Shown in pieces: positions 42,019 through 52,098 of a DNA stretch of 64,000 nt; position 1 is the first letter of the stretch; each line of letters starts with the position of its first letter. The translations under genes and the position numbers were made by a program. Source of the stretch: Spirochaetaceae bacterium (lineage in GTDB: Bacteria; Spirochaetota; Spirochaetia; DSM-2461); the NCBI GenBank assembly GCA_965224705.1, contig OZ245056.1:2941945-3005944 (forward strand). Reading direction: 5' to 3'. The notes below the pieces were generated by a model. That model was given only the letters and a program-made list of their open reading frames with translations. It searched no databases and was not told the DNA's origin.

Positions 42019-43227
42019 ATGTTCAGCAGTGATGTTCCTTTTAAGGATTTTCAGAACAGACGTGTGCAGTGCCAGACTGCTTTAAAAGAAGAGGGATTGA
42101 ACGGTGCTTTTATCTGTTCACGGGGAGGCGGAACCTTTGACCGTTACGCAGGAGGAAGTTTTTTTGCCAATCACTACCAGCAAAGGTGCTATCTGCCTGA
42201 CCAGCCCCCCCTCTGGAGCGGGCGCTCCCACTCGCTGCTTCTGCTCCCCGCCGAGGGAGACGCCGTTCTAGTGGTCTCCACTCTGGAGTTCAGAAAGGAT
42301 TTAACTGCTGTTGAGGATGTCCGCTATTCAGCTGATTACTTTGGTCTTGTTGCCGAGACCGCAAGCGAATTGAGAATGGATAGCGGCAAAGTGGGTATTT
42401 TTTACGATGATGTACTGACCCACAGAATGGCTCAAAACATGCTTGAGAGGATGCCTTCTCTGGAACTGGTACCCTGCGACCATATACTGTCGGAAATGCG
42501 CCTGATTAAAACAGAGCGGGAGAAGGTTGCTATCCGAAAGGCATGTCAGATTGGAAGTGAAGCGCTTAATATTATCATGAAAGGAGTCGCTCCCGGTAAA
42601 ACTGAAAGTCAGGTTATCGGCCCCGCTATGGAGCATATTTTCTCCAATGGAGCGGTCCTCTACTTTATCGTTACCAACTCAGGAAAGGATTGCGTTTCCG
42701 TTCACAGCGTGGATTTTCCCGGCTATGACTGTCACCGTAAAATGGAACCGGGCGATGTGTTCAAAGTGGATCTAATTATTGTGTATGATGGGTTTATCTG
42801 TGATTTTGGAAGAACCTGCTTTGTTGGCTCAGGCGGCTCAAGCGAACATAGAAGAATGATTGAACTGGTTACAGGTTCCTGTGAGCATATAATCTCGCGG
42901 ATAAAACCGGGGCTTACGGTTAAGGAACTTTGCCAGATTGGAGATTCCTGGCTGAAAGAGAGGGGTGTTTCTCTTTCGGATACTCAGGAGGATCCTTCGG
43001 TAACTTACGCGGCATTTCCTCCTCACTGGGGTCACGGTATAGGAATGACCTGGGAGAGACCCTGGTTTATTGAAGAAGAGACTATGACTCTTCAGGAGGG
43101 GATGTATGTGGCGGTTGAAAAGGGGCTCTACCAGCCTGGTCTGGGAACAGTAACCTACGAGCAGAACCTTCTCATTGCCGCTAACGGCCCGGAAGTATTG
43201 ACAAGTACCAAAAACCTTTGGATTTAG
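42019..43227 (+). CDS. M24 (Xaa-Pro peptidase/creatinase-like) hydrolase
   Basis: RLIKT, D...DFGRT, GHGIG, E...E metal ligands. Confidence 0.9.
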   Translation: MFSSDVPFKDFQNRRVQCQTALKEEGLNGAFICSRGGGTFDRYAGGSFFANHYQQRCYLPDQPPLWSGRSHSLLLLPAEGDAVLVVSTLEFRKDLTAVEDVRYSADYFGLVAETASELRMDSGKVGIFYDDVLTHRMAQNMLERMPSLELVPCDHILSEMRLIKTEREKVAIRKACQIGSEALNIIMKGVAPGKTESQVIGPAMEHIFSNGAVLYFIVTNSGKDCVSVHSVDFPGYDCHRKMEPGDVFKVDLIIVYDGFICDFGRTCFVGSGGSSEHRRMIELVTGSCEHIISRIKPGLTVKELCQIGDSWLKERGVSLSDTQEDPSVTYAAFPPHWGHGIGMTWERPWFIEEETMTLQEGMYVAVEKGLYQPGLGTVTYEQNLLIAANGPEVLTSTKNLWI

Positions 43228-43236
43228 GAGACTGGC

Positions 43237-44412
43237 TTGAATACTGAGAAATTGGTAGACTTTGCCAGGGACTTGATCAGAATAGAAAGCCTTTCAGGCA
43301 GCGAGGGCATTGCGGCAGAGCGAATAAAAAAGGAAATGCTCAGCCTGGGATTCTCCAATGTGCGTACAGACCCTTTCGGGAGTGTTCTCGGGAGAATCAA
43401 GGGAAAAAACAGCAGTAGAAGAATGCTTTTTGAGGGGCATATGGATACAGTGGAAGTCTCCAACTCCGAAGAGTGGCAATACCCTCCTTTTGGAGCAGAA
43501 ATTGCCGATGGCTGCATATACGGACGGGGCTCAGCTGATATGAAAGGCGCTATAGCGGCAATGATTCATGGCCTGGGAGATCTGGTTCAGAAGGAAATCC
43601 CCTGGGATGTCTACTTTACTGCTGTGGTTTTTGAAGAAATTTTTGAAGGTGTGTGTCTGGGCAGCATTCTTGATGAGGTTAAGCCTGATTGGGTCATCCT
43701 TGGAGAGCCTGGCGGTTTGAGAATATGTACCGGTCAGAAAGGACGCGCTGAGGTGGTCCTGGAAACCTATGGCAGGAACGCCCATTCCGCGATGCCTGAA
43801 AAGGGTGAGAACGCCATTAGCAGTATGCGGCTTCTATTGGACAGAGTTGACCAAATCCCCCTTAAGGAGAGCAATCAACTGGGCAGAGGTGTCCAGGTTG
43901 TCACCGACATACTCTCTTCTCCTTATCCCGGCTCGTCAGTTGTCCCGGACCGCTGCCGCGCAACCATTGACTTAAGACTGTTGGAGATAGATAATAGACA
44001 GGATGTTTTAGCCGCCTACCAGAAGCACATAGATGGGCTGAAAGGAGATCATTCCGGTTTTGATGGAGCTGTTTATTTTGCTTCGGACAAGAAAAAATCC
44101 TATACGGGAAGAATAATATCCTCTACTCGTTACTATCCTGGCTGGAGTCTGGACAAAAGTCACCCTCTGGTAAAAACAGCAGTGACTGTATACAGGTCTC
44201 TGGGCAGGGAACCCGAGCTGGCGACTTATTCTTTCTGCACGGACGGCTCTGAAAGTGCTGGCAGCAGAGGCATTCCCACTATAGGCATTGGACCGGCAGA
44301 GTCAGAAATGGCTCATGTAACAGATGAACATGTCAGGATTGATGATCTTGTCCAGGCAGCCCAGATCTACTGTGCCTTAGGGGCATCCGACCCAGAGCAG
44401 TTTTGCGGCTGA
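43237..44412 (+). CDS. M20/ArgE-DapE (YgeY-like) metallo-amidohydrolase
   Basis: GHMDTV, YGRGSADMKG, EE, GEP, AHVTDE. Confidence 0.92.
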   Translation: MNTEKLVDFARDLIRIESLSGSEGIAAERIKKEMLSLGFSNVRTDPFGSVLGRIKGKNSSRRMLFEGHMDTVEVSNSEEWQYPPFGAEIADGCIYGRGSADMKGAIAAMIHGLGDLVQKEIPWDVYFTAVVFEEIFEGVCLGSILDEVKPDWVILGEPGGLRICTGQKGRAEVVLETYGRNAHSAMPEKGENAISSMRLLLDRVDQIPLKESNQLGRGVQVVTDILSSPYPGSSVVPDRCRATIDLRLLEIDNRQDVLAAYQKHIDGLKGDHSGFDGAVYFASDKKKSYTGRIISSTRYYPGWSLDKSHPLVKTAVTVYRSLGREPELATYSFCTDGSESAGSRGIPTIGIGPAESEMAHVTDEHVRIDDLVQAAQIYCALGASDPEQFCG

Positions 44413-44436
44413 ATACTTTTTTGAGAAGTCAGAGAA

Positions 44437-44548
44437 TGATTGATTTACAGAAAAACGAACGGCAGATCGACCGGAACGCGAAAATCTACGCGAAGCAGAG
44501 CATCATTCTGCCGACTTGCGCTCAGATGACAGATCCTGATCTGATCTA
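44437..44548 (+). pseudogene. Truncated 5' end of a further operon gene (resembles N-termini of PLP-dependent threonine/cysteine-synthase-like proteins)
   Basis: MIDLQKNERQIDRNAKIYAKQSIILPTCAQMTDPDLI then abrupt junction with IS-derived DNA. Confidence 0.45.
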
Positions 44549-44549
44549 C

Positions 44550-45010
44550 CAGTGCCGCCTGTGAACGAGTATAGCTGTTCCTCTTAATGCTCAAGCCTCT
44601 CCAGTTCCTCGGCAAGAATCCGATCTATTGTTGCGGCGCTTATAGCTTTCAGAGCACTAAGAATGGACTAATCATAATCAGATAAGTGGGAGATGGAGTC
44701 TTTGATAATAGAGGCTAACAGCTTACCGTAACAATAAGCCAAAGATCCCCATGAAGGAATAGCAGCATCTCTCACAAACCTGGGATACACGGTGGGACGG
44801 CCCTTTTTCCTGCTTTTTGTCTTGTTGAACAATACATTTTACTGTCTCTGACTGTACTAACAGACTTACCATAAGGGGCTGTGTCATAACTTCGGTCATG
44901 ACCAGTGACATGGACAAATTCTGTTAATATCACTGTTTTCTCCCTCTTACCCACCATCCGATAGTGCTGACGGATCTTTTGAGTCAATTTTTTTCTTGTC
45001 TTCATAGATA
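44550..45010 (-). mobile_element. Degraded integrase-core transposase (ISNCY/IS1202-like) N-terminus
   Basis: MKTRKKLTQKIRQHYR...KREKTVILTEFVHVTG..R and a downstream ISAATIDRILA segment. Confidence 0.65.
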
Positions 45011-45420
45011 GCCTCAGTCCACCAACGATCACCGCAAAAACAAGCAAGGTAATACCAAGTGCTGCAAAAATATTTTTATAAAACAAACCGCACAGGATCC
45101 TCAAGCGCTGCTTTGATGATTTCTGAGATCGGCAGGAATGTCCTTTACCCGGTGAATTATGCCGCCTTCATCCACTTTCAACGGAACACGGCTGATGGGC
45201 AAAAAAGCGAAAACTTGAAAAATCAGTAAATTGGGCTATACTTAATCATATACAGGCGTACCGAATGGATAAAACAGAAATTGCTCAGGGTTTACTGCCG
45301 CTGAAAGGACTGTGGCGGTCTGAATCATCATTCAGTGTTGGATGAATAGAAAACCATCATTTGGCAACCATTCTTGTCTGCTAATTATGCAGTCAACTTA
45401 AAAAATCCAGGGAGGATTTA

Positions 45421-47925
45421 ATGAAAACTTTCACGCTTATTTCGATAGCAATCATTACCGTCGGATGCCTGGATTTATCCCCCCCAACCCCCCCGGCCAT
45501 CACCGCACTTACGCTGCAAGTCAACAGCAGGGACTACCCCCTAAACTTTGCCGCCGATAAAACGGCCTCAATCGTTCTACCTGTCGGCGAAACCATATCT
45601 GCCGCAGCCGTAGTCAAACAAATCACCGTCATCGGCGACGGCCCATCAGTCCAGGACCAGCTTGCAATCACCAATGGCAGGATAACTATAACCATCAATG
45701 GAACAGACGGCAAGAAAGTCAGCTACAGCGTAACCGTAAGCGTTACCGCTGCCGTTACCCCGGCCATCACCGCACTGACGCTGCAAGTCAACAGCAATGA
45801 CTACCCCCTAAGCTTTGCTGCCGATAGAACGGCTTCCATCGCTCTACCGACCGGCGAAACCATACCTGCCGCAGCCGTAGTCAAGCAGATCAGCGTCATC
45901 GGCGACGGCCCATCAGTCCAGGACCAGCTTGAAATCACCAATGGCAGGATAACTATCACCATCAAGGGAACAGACGGCACGGAAGTCAGCTACAGCGTAA
46001 GCGTTACCGCTGCCGTCGCCCCGGCCATCACCGCACTCACGCTGGAAGTCAACAGCAATGACTACCCCCTAAGCTTTGCCGCCGATAGAACGGCCTCCAT
46101 CGTTCTACCGACCGGCGAAACCATACCTGCTGCAGCCGTAGTCAAGCAGATCAGCGTCATCGGCGACGGCCCATCAGTCCAGGACCAGCTTGAAATCACC
46201 AATGGCAGGATAAGCATCACCATCGATAAAACAGACGGCACGGAAGTTTACACAGTCAGCGTCCTAACTTTTCCGCTTATCGAAATCTATGGCGACAGCG
46301 GCAAACTCCATCAGTCAATCAAAGACGACATCCTGGCCGATGATACCGTACTTGCCTCCATCAGCCTGCCGGACGGCAGCTACAGCTATTCATTCGGCGA
46401 CATCAGTGCCGATAAAGACACGGAGGCCGGAATTCTGGCCATAACCAAGGCCGATCTAAAAACAAGCAGCGCGGTTGACGGCGATCAGCTTAGGCTTAAC
46501 TACCATGGCCAATGGATAAGCGTTGCCGCCTACCGCCCCTACGAAATACACACATGGCAGGATCTTCAGGCCATGCGCCAGGATCTGACGGGAAATTACA
46601 CGCTGATGAACCACATCTGGTTTTCCCAGGCCAAAGACGATCTGCCGGATACCGGGTTTGAACCCATAGGACGGGATGTATCCCCGGGAATAGGCGGCGG
46701 GAAAGACGGTTTTCAGGGAACAGTGTTCAGCGGAACACTGGATGGAAACGACAAGTATCTTCTTGAGTTTACCATCGATGATCCCACGCTGGACTACGCG
46801 GGACTGTTCGGCAAAATCAGTGCCAAAGACGACGAGACCGTCGCTGTCAAAAACCTGTACTTTATCAATCCCCATGTCAATGCCAACGCGGTTGCCGGAG
46901 TATTGGTAGGTTATCTGGAGATCGGAACCGTTTCCGATATCTATGTTTACTCGCGCTACGGCAGCTACCCCTCGTATAAAGCCAATACCGTTAATACCTC
47001 AGGTCATGCCAGACCAATAGATGTACCGCTTGTCAGTCTGAAGACAGATGATGCCAATTCTCCCGTATTTGATCCCATTATCTCACTCACTCTGCCACTT
47101 GTCCTATTTAGCGCGAGTACCGGCGGTGATCAGGCTCTTAGCTATACAGGCGGTATTGCAGGTATCGTCGGCCGGAACGCGAGAATGCTGAACATGTACA
47201 ACGAAGGAGGAGTATCCGCCGAAAGATGGGTACTCGGCGGCATAGCCGGTTCCGCCCGTGAGAACTCGATAATCAGGGGATTCAACACAGGTACTGTTGC
47301 TGGCAGCATGAGAAACAGTGTGCTGGTTGGCGGACTGGTTGGAGCCAGTTACGGAGGAATGATTATCGGCCGTAACGATGGAGAAATCAGCGGCGCCATT
47401 TATCTGGGCGGCCTGGCGGCAACCCAGCATGGCAATCAAGTAATCGGGTTTTCGATGGGAAAAATAGCGGCACCTTATGACTCTTCTGCTCTAGGCGGAC
47501 TCGTCGGAGAATTTGTCAACGAGGGCGTGATTATCGGATGGTCAGCCAGCGGGGGAAAGTATCTCGTCAACCAGCCGATTGTGGGCTACACGACGGATAC
47601 CAGCTTATTAAAAATAATCGCATACTGGGATGGCCGTCAGTCCTGGAAATCGCCTCTGACGGCAGGAAATAGCAGCAGTATTCAGATTAACATCCCCGAT
47701 ATAGACAATATCAAATGGGATGGAAACGGCTACTACAATGACACGGACGGCAATGATGCCAAAGCCAATGATGAAGACTACGTTTTCTATGCGGCAGACT
47801 TTGTCAAGTACTTCAATATCAGTGCAAGCAGCCCCGGAACAGGAGCATGGCCGCCATTAAAGGGTGAATACCTTTTGTTCAGAACGGTCAGTTTGCCGCC
47901 TTCTGCTCCCCCGGCCTCAAATTGA
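45421..47925 (+). CDS. Surface lipoprotein with three tandem ~88-aa beta-rich repeats and a GLUG-type beta-helix region
   Basis: TVGC lipobox; IHTWQDLQAM, FSGTLDGN, AGLFG, repeated GGIAG/GGLVG. Confidence 0.85.
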   Translation: MKTFTLISIAIITVGCLDLSPPTPPAITALTLQVNSRDYPLNFAADKTASIVLPVGETISAAAVVKQITVIGDGPSVQDQLAITNGRITITINGTDGKKVSYSVTVSVTAAVTPAITALTLQVNSNDYPLSFAADRTASIALPTGETIPAAAVVKQISVIGDGPSVQDQLEITNGRITITIKGTDGTEVSYSVSVTAAVAPAITALTLEVNSNDYPLSFAADRTASIVLPTGETIPAAAVVKQISVIGDGPSVQDQLEITNGRISITIDKTDGTEVYTVSVLTFPLIEIYGDSGKLHQSIKDDILADDTVLASISLPDGSYSYSFGDISADKDTEAGILAITKADLKTSSAVDGDQLRLNYHGQWISVAAYRPYEIHTWQDLQAMRQDLTGNYTLMNHIWFSQAKDDLPDTGFEPIGRDVSPGIGGGKDGFQGTVFSGTLDGNDKYLLEFTIDDPTLDYAGLFGKISAKDDETVAVKNLYFINPHVNANAVAGVLVGYLEIGTVSDIYVYSRYGSYPSYKANTVNTSGHARPIDVPLVSLKTDDANSPVFDPIISLTLPLVLFSASTGGDQALSYTGGIAGIVGRNARMLNMYNEGGVSAERWVLGGIAGSARENSIIRGFNTGTVAGSMRNSVLVGGLVGASYGGMIIGRNDGEISGAIYLGGLAATQHGNQVIGFSMGKIAAPYDSSALGGLVGEFVNEGVIIGWSASGGKYLVNQPIVGYTTDTSLLKIIAYWDGRQSWKSPLTAGNSSSIQINIPDIDNIKWDGNGYYNDTDGNDAKANDEDYVFYAADFVKYFNISASSPGTGAWPPLKGEYLLFRTVSLPPSAPPASN
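45493..46265 (+). repeat. Intragenic tandem repeat with units starting 45493, 45760 and 46021 (267/261 bp)
   Basis: Each unit begins ccggccatcaccgcact and is near-identical at DNA level. Confidence 0.95.
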
Positions 47926-48017
47926 TCCTGATCGGATCTGGAAGTACCCGCAATCAATCTGCCGCGATGTAAAAGGCTGAACGGAAGCTGAGGAAAGGCG
48001 GCAATACGCAAGCCCAG

Positions 48018-48178
48018 GAGTCTGTCGGACTTCCGCCTCACGGCTCGATTTTTGCCCTTTTTCCCTGTTGCCGCGTTGCCAAAATACTCACGTAGCCCAG
48101 CTACGCTCCGTTTTTGTCGCCTTGCATCAGGAAAAAATCATCAAAAATCGCCTCGAAGCCTTAAAGTCCGACAGACTC
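48018..48178. repeat. MITE (161 bp)
   Basis: Same TIRs; flanks CCAG/CTAG. Confidence 0.93.
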
Positions 48179-48314
48179 CTAGTAGCTCGGGGTGTGAGCG
48201 TCAATCATGGGAAGCCGCTGATTCCCGATGTGTACTGAATATTGTAAGGCCCAGGCAAGGCGTGTCCTAAGTACCGTATAGACGAACAATATCGGCATTG
48301 ACCTCTGGGACCCA

Positions 48315-49070
48315 CTACTCTTCGCTGAATCGCGTAAAGAGTTCCGCCCATATCTCCGTGGATTCATTTATCTCAGCATACGCTTTCTCAACTTCGCCGC
48401 TCTCCATCGCATCAATCAGCTTATAGTGATGTTCGTAAGCCCTTTTACCGCCGATTTTGGTGGCAAAGTTCTTATGGATGGATGTCAGAAAGATTTCGAT
48501 CAAGAAGTCGTAGATTTTGGAAAGGAGGCGATTCCCTGTTGCATTCCCCAGCGCTTCGTGAAATGCGATATCCCACTCCATTGATTTGTTGACCGATTCT
48601 CCTGAAGTGCTCAAATCCTCTTTTGCCGCATCCACAACGCTCCGCAGATCTTTGTAGACACCGGGATCGCTGCGGCTCATGACAAGTCTGACAACATCGC
48701 ACTCGATGACGTTTCGCAATTCCACCAGTTCGGAAAGATTGGACAGGTCCAGAATTATACTGAAGATGAGGGGGTCGAAGATTTTCCGGGAGAACTGCCG
48801 GGCGATGTAAGTACCGTCGCCCTGAATGATGTCGACGACTCCAACTGCTGAAAGAACCTTCATAGCTTCCCGAACCGCAGTCCGGCTGACATTGAGACTA
48901 TCAGCCAGAACCAATTCGGTTGGAAGCTTCTCCCCGGATCTCAGCTTCTTATGAATCAAGAGAGTGCGGATCGTCGAAATAACGATCTCAACCGCACTCT
49001 CCCGTTTGTCTTTCTTGAACAGGTCGTTTGAAACTGTGCCTATTTTGTTTTCGTTCGCCAACACAGTCAC
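48315..49070 (-). CDS. FadR/GntR-family regulator
   Basis: KLPTE...VSRTAVREA...GDGTY; DIAFH. Confidence 0.93.
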   Translation of the reverse strand: MTVLANENKIGTVSNDLFKKDKRESAVEIVISTIRTLLIHKKLRSGEKLPTELVLADSLNVSRTAVREAMKVLSAVGVVDIIQGDGTYIARQFSRKIFDPLIFSIILDLSNLSELVELRNVIECDVVRLVMSRSDPGVYKDLRSVVDAAKEDLSTSGESVNKSMEWDIAFHEALGNATGNRLLSKIYDFLIEIFLTSIHKNFATKIGGKRAYEHHYKLIDAMESGEVEKAYAEINESTEIWAELFTRFSEE

Positions 49071-49092
49071 ATATTATTCCATAACGGACATT

Positions 49093-50376
49093 TTAGTAAC
49101 CGAATAATCGCGGAATAGTCAGGGTGATGGTCGGCAAATATGTAATCAGCATCAGCATGACGATCTCAATGCCGAGGAACGGGAGTATCGCCCTGTACAT
49201 ATTCGATAGGCTTATTTTCGCAACATTGGACGTTACGAAGAGAGTCATACCGACCGGGGGCGTTACCAAACCGATACAGAGGTTGACGGAGACCATCACC
49301 CCAAAGTGAATCGGATCGACGCCGAATTCTCTGGCCACAGGCAGCAGCACGGGCACCATTATCAGCAAGGCCGGAGCCAGATCGAGCATTGTTCCGACCA
49401 CCAGCAGCAGCAGGTTGGCCATCAAAAGAAAGATGATCTTTGAATTGGCATACGCCAGGAAGAACGCCGAAACCTTCTGCGGGATCTGAAGAGCGGTGAT
49501 TACCCAGCCCATGCCCGATGCGACGGCAATAATAAAAAGCACAACCGCTGTGGTTTTGGCGGTTCGAACCAGACAGCCGCCCAAATCCCGGAATTCGAAG
49601 GTCTTCAAAACGAATTTGGCGACGATGATAGCATACAGCACGGCTACTGCGGCGGCTTCGGTGGCGGTGAATACGCCCAGAAGGATACCGCCCATTATGA
49701 TGATTGGCATTATGGTAGCCGGAAGAGTTCCGATAAAACTCTTCCCTATCTCACTCAAGCTTGACCGCTGGGCTTTTTTGGGATAGTGACGCTTCTTCGC
49801 CATGTAGTAGCTGACTAGAATCAACGCCAGGCCGAGAACGATTCCCGGGAAAATACCGCCGAGGAACAGCGATACAACCGAGACGTTACCCGCAACGACG
49901 GCATAGATAATCATCGCCATACTCGGAGGAATGATGGGACCGATGATAGCGGAAGCCGCCGTTATGCCAGCGGAAAAATTCCTATCGTATCCGCCTTCTT
50001 TCATCATTTCCAATTCAATGGCGCCGAGTCCGGCTGCATCGGCGGTCGCGGAACCGGTAATCCCCGCAAACAGCATACTGGCCAGCACGTTTACATGGGC
50101 CAGACCGCCGGAAACATGCCCCACCAACTGATCACAGAACAGAACGATTCGTTTGGTGATGTTTCCTGCCGACATGATGTCGCTTGCCAGGACAAACAGC
50201 GGAATCGCCATAAAAGTAAAATTGTCTATCCCGGTAAACATTTTGGTCGGAATTATTTGCAGGTTTCCGCCCAGTAAATAGAAACCGACAATAGTAGCGC
50301 CGCCCATGGCAAAACCAATTGGCACTCCAACAAGTATTAGAACAATGAATAGAACCAGGAGAAGCAGGGATATCAT
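49093..50376 (-). CDS. dctM: TRAP large permease
   Basis: AIPLF, GSATAD, IIPPS, TPPVG. Confidence 0.95.
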   Translation of the reverse strand: MISLLLLVLFIVLILVGVPIGFAMGGATIVGFYLLGGNLQIIPTKMFTGIDNFTFMAIPLFVLASDIMSAGNITKRIVLFCDQLVGHVSGGLAHVNVLASMLFAGITGSATADAAGLGAIELEMMKEGGYDRNFSAGITAASAIIGPIIPPSMAMIIYAVVAGNVSVVSLFLGGIFPGIVLGLALILVSYYMAKKRHYPKKAQRSSLSEIGKSFIGTLPATIMPIIIMGGILLGVFTATEAAAVAVLYAIIVAKFVLKTFEFRDLGGCLVRTAKTTAVVLFIIAVASGMGWVITALQIPQKVSAFFLAYANSKIIFLLMANLLLLVVGTMLDLAPALLIMVPVLLPVAREFGVDPIHFGVMVSVNLCIGLVTPPVGMTLFVTSNVAKISLSNMYRAILPFLGIEIVMLMLITYLPTITLTIPRLFGY

Positions 50377-50915
50377 TCCACTTCCTCCATTATACTGAGT
50401 AAGGGCTCAACCTCACCAACAAGAACTCCAAAGACTTCCAACAGAGTTTCCCACAACATTGAGATACACCCAAATACGACCGACAGGTAGAATATGTGAC
50501 TCGGCCATCTCAACGTGGGTGTTTTAAACCGGGCCATCATCAGGATAAGGTCCTTGGACACGATAAGTACCGTAATAAGGAAAAAGACCATGATCAGTCG
50601 AATAACCGCGTAGTTGATAATTCTGCCCCTGTTTGTGAGCTTCTTGGCCAGGACATCTACCGCCGCGTGCATTCCTTCCTTCAAGCAAACCCCGAGGATG
50701 AGGTATGTCGACCAAATAATGAGATAACGGGCGAACTCCTCGGTAAAAGGAAAGGAAAACGACACGAACTGAACAATGACAAAGCGGTAGAAGACCTGGA
50801 ATAGAATGACCGCTGCCGAAAGGCCGAGGAATCCGCCGGAGAGCACCTCCAGTATTCGATGGCCTCTGTCGGTAAACTTTCTAATACTCCGATATACATC
50901 TCGAAGCGTTTTCAT
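50373..50915 (-). CDS. dctQ: TRAP small permease
   Basis: QVFYRF...EEFARY...HAAVD. Confidence 0.9.
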   Translation of the reverse strand: MKTLRDVYRSIRKFTDRGHRILEVLSGGFLGLSAAVILFQVFYRFVIVQFVSFSFPFTEEFARYLIIWSTYLILGVCLKEGMHAAVDVLAKKLTNRGRIINYAVIRLIMVFFLITVLIVSKDLILMMARFKTPTLRWPSHIFYLSVVFGCISMLWETLLEVFGVLVGEVEPLLSIMEEVE

Positions 50916-50955
50916 AATTCGTCCACCCATTCATTACAAAATTTCAGTCTGTACA

Positions 50956-50984
50956 AAGAACGGATCCTCAACGGATCCGTTCTT
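50956..50984 (-). terminator. Perfect stem-loop between dctP and dctQ
   Basis: aagaacggatcc-tcaac-ggatccgttctt. Confidence 0.6.
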
Positions 50985-50995
50985 GAACCGTAATA

Positions 50996-52054
50996 TTACC
51001 GCTCTGCTTCTATCGCGTTGAAGAATGAATCAACATCGGCATCACCCAGTTGATCCCGAATATAGGCTTCGGCAGCAGGCCGGTAAGTGTCATGCCACGC
51101 CTGCTTTTCAGCAGCCGTTGGAGAATACACTTCCATACCTTTTTCAGCTAATGTAACCAGGCCGTTCGTCTCAATGTTGTCGACGACTTCAATTGCAGCT
51201 TCCTGCGCCCTGGCGGCACCGTCGAGAACTACAGTCTGGAGATTCGCAGGCAGCTTCGAGAATAGCTCGTCGTTCATGATAATCATCATTGATGATGCAA
51301 AGTGACCGTCGAGAACCATATAGCTCTGCACTTCATAGGTTAGGTCCTGGATAACAGCCGAGACTGGATTCTCCTGTCCGTCGACAACACCATTCTGCAT
51401 GGCAACGTACATTTCCGAAGAGGGGATGGGAACGGCTTTCGCGCCCATGGCTTCAACCATTCTGATGGACACAGGGCTTTCCATAGTTCGGAATGTCAAT
51501 CCTTTCGCGTCGTCAACCGTTTTTACCAAACGCTTGCTGTTCGTGAAATGCCGGAAACCGTTGGTGTAGTGAGAGAGGACTTTCACGCCCAGGTCGCTTT
51601 GAATCTCGTCGTATAGCCCCTTTGCCCAGGCGGAATTGAAAACAACGTTGGCTTCGTCGATATCTCTGAAAGCACCAGGCATACCGAAGATCATCGCTTT
51701 CTCAAAAACGCTGTTCAGGGGGATGACATTGATGGACGAGACTTCGATCGAACCGCTCATCGTTCCCTGAATCATCTCCGTAAAATTTCCGAGCTGACCG
51801 GCCGGATATATCTCGACGGTGATTTGACCATTGGAATTGGCTTCCACGTACTCTTTGAACACTTTTGAGTACATCGTGTCAAATCCGTCCTCCGGAGCAA
51901 CTTCGGGTCCGATGTAGGAGAACTTGATCGTGTAGTTCTGATCCGCTCCACCTTCGACACCTCCATTGGCCGCAGCGTTCTCTGCAGTTCCGAAGAACAG
52001 AATACCTGCGATACCGGCACACATCAATAAACCGAAAAACCTTTTCATACGCAC
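50996..52054 (-). CDS. dctP: TRAP substrate-binding protein
   Basis: IYPAGQLG, GFRHF, FRTM, DGQENP. Confidence 0.95.
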   Translation of the reverse strand: MRMKRFFGLLMCAGIAGILFFGTAENAAANGGVEGGADQNYTIKFSYIGPEVAPEDGFDTMYSKVFKEYVEANSNGQITVEIYPAGQLGNFTEMIQGTMSGSIEVSSINVIPLNSVFEKAMIFGMPGAFRDIDEANVVFNSAWAKGLYDEIQSDLGVKVLSHYTNGFRHFTNSKRLVKTVDDAKGLTFRTMESPVSIRMVEAMGAKAVPIPSSEMYVAMQNGVVDGQENPVSAVIQDLTYEVQSYMVLDGHFASSMMIIMNDELFSKLPANLQTVVLDGAARAQEAAIEVVDNIETNGLVTLAEKGMEVYSPTAAEKQAWHDTYRPAAEAYIRDQLGDADVDSFFNAIEAER

Positions 52055-52098
52055 ACTCCTATTTTTATGCCGTTAGGCATGATTGCACTTCAATATCC

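Noticed and set aside
45493..46265. CRISPR array or DGR template/variable repeats
   Set aside because: These are long in-frame coding repeats without spacers; no cas or reverse transcriptase gene is present in the window.
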